Origin: an uncultured Acetobacteraceae bacterium
Lineage (GTDB): Bacteria > Pseudomonadota > Alphaproteobacteria > Acetobacterales > Acetobacteraceae
Length of the DNA stretch: 42,583 nucleotides
Assembly (NCBI GenBank): GCA_964247395.1
Contig: CAXTUK010000001.1
Location: forward strand, 1-42,583
Reading direction: 5' to 3'
The translations under genes and the position numbers were made by a program. The notes beneath the pieces were generated by a model. That model saw only the letters and a program-made list of their open reading frames with translations. It was not told where the DNA came from and did no database searches. Positions within the stretch are counted from its first letter, which is position 1, and each line of letters opens with the position of its first letter. Shown here one piece after another: positions 42,181 through 42,583 of the stretch.

Positions 42181-42583
42181 TGGATCTCCGCCGCCGGGCA
42201 GACCTGCCCGAGTTGATGGACGACCCGAGCCTGCCGGCTGCCGACTACGAGGCATGCCTGGCAGATCTCGCACGCGTCAACCGCGTGACCCTGACCCACC
42301 GCCCGACCCTTGCCTGGCTCGACCGCGTCACCTCGCCGGGCGAGACCATCGCCATCCTCGACGTCGGTTGCGGACAGGGCGATCTCCTGCGAGCGATCGC
42401 AGCGTGGGCGAAGCGAAGAAAGCGCGCCGTGCACCTGCAAGGCGTCGACCTCAACCCGAGAAGTGCGGCCGCCGCATCCTCTCTCGGCGGCGGCATCACC
42501 TACCGAACCGCGAACGTCTTCACCTTCACCCCGGACCCGCCCCCCGACTACATCGTCACCTCCCAGTTCACCCACCATCTGGC
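42180..42583 (+). CDS. Class I SAM-dependent methyltransferase, N-terminal 134 codons (runs off the window)
   Basis: Not in the ORF track because it has no stop. Manual translation from the ATG at 42180 (TGATG junction) gives MDLRRRADLPELMDDPSLPAADYEACLADLARVNRVT...ILDVGCGQGDLLRAI...LQGVDLNP. It carries SAM-binding motif I, VLDxGxGxG. Confidence 0.7.
   Translation, partial: MDLRRRADLPELMDDPSLPAADYEACLADLARVNRVTLTHRPTLAWLDRVTSPGETIAILDVGCGQGDLLRAIAAWAKRRKRAVHLQGVDLNPRSAAAASSLGGGITYRTANVFTFTPDPPPDYIVTSQFTHHL

Overview
High-GC window (alphaproteobacterium-like; this is inference only), almost entirely coding and dominated by a cell-surface polysaccharide (EPS/O-antigen type) locus. It holds a Wzx flippase, a Wzy-like polymerase, a Wzc/ExoP-type co-polymerase/tyrosine kinase and an initiating polyprenyl-phosphate sugar-phosphate transferase. 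There are six glycosyltransferases: two form a mosaic tandem duplicate and one looks frameshifted. Also present are two GDP-mannose 4,6-dehydratase paralogs plus an Rmd-type reductase (GDP-6-deoxyhexose, probably D-rhamnose), three paralogous secreted clan-GH-A-like proteins, and an atypical LuxR-type regulator. The most interesting content lies on the minus strand from about 4.9 to 19.5 kb. (i) A complete Dlt-like acylation machine: an ANL ligase, two carrier proteins, an AlgI/DltB-type MBOAT with a fused DltX-like C-terminal FxYxxF hexapeptide, and a membrane-anchored SGNH/DltD-like protein, extended by an SDR and a double alpha/beta-hydrolase. (ii) A translationally coupled module of MetY-like, MetA-like, group-II PLP decarboxylase, heme-oxygenase-like di-iron protein and FATP-type acyl-CoA synthetase, which looks like a pathway to a non-canonical homoserine-derived amine or amino acid. 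Together they suggest an undescribed carrier-protein-dependent decoration of the polysaccharide; the cargo cannot be deduced from sequence. The right end carries nei and an ACP/KAS/type III PKS/methyltransferase operon. The left end carries a YeiH-type transporter fragment and a chorismate-lyase-like gene. No rRNA, tRNA, CRISPR array or transposase was recognised. All product calls rest on motif recognition by eye plus the supplied ORF track, not on database searches. The track uses GTG/TTG as starts, so several starts were re-assigned by hand and remain uncertain.
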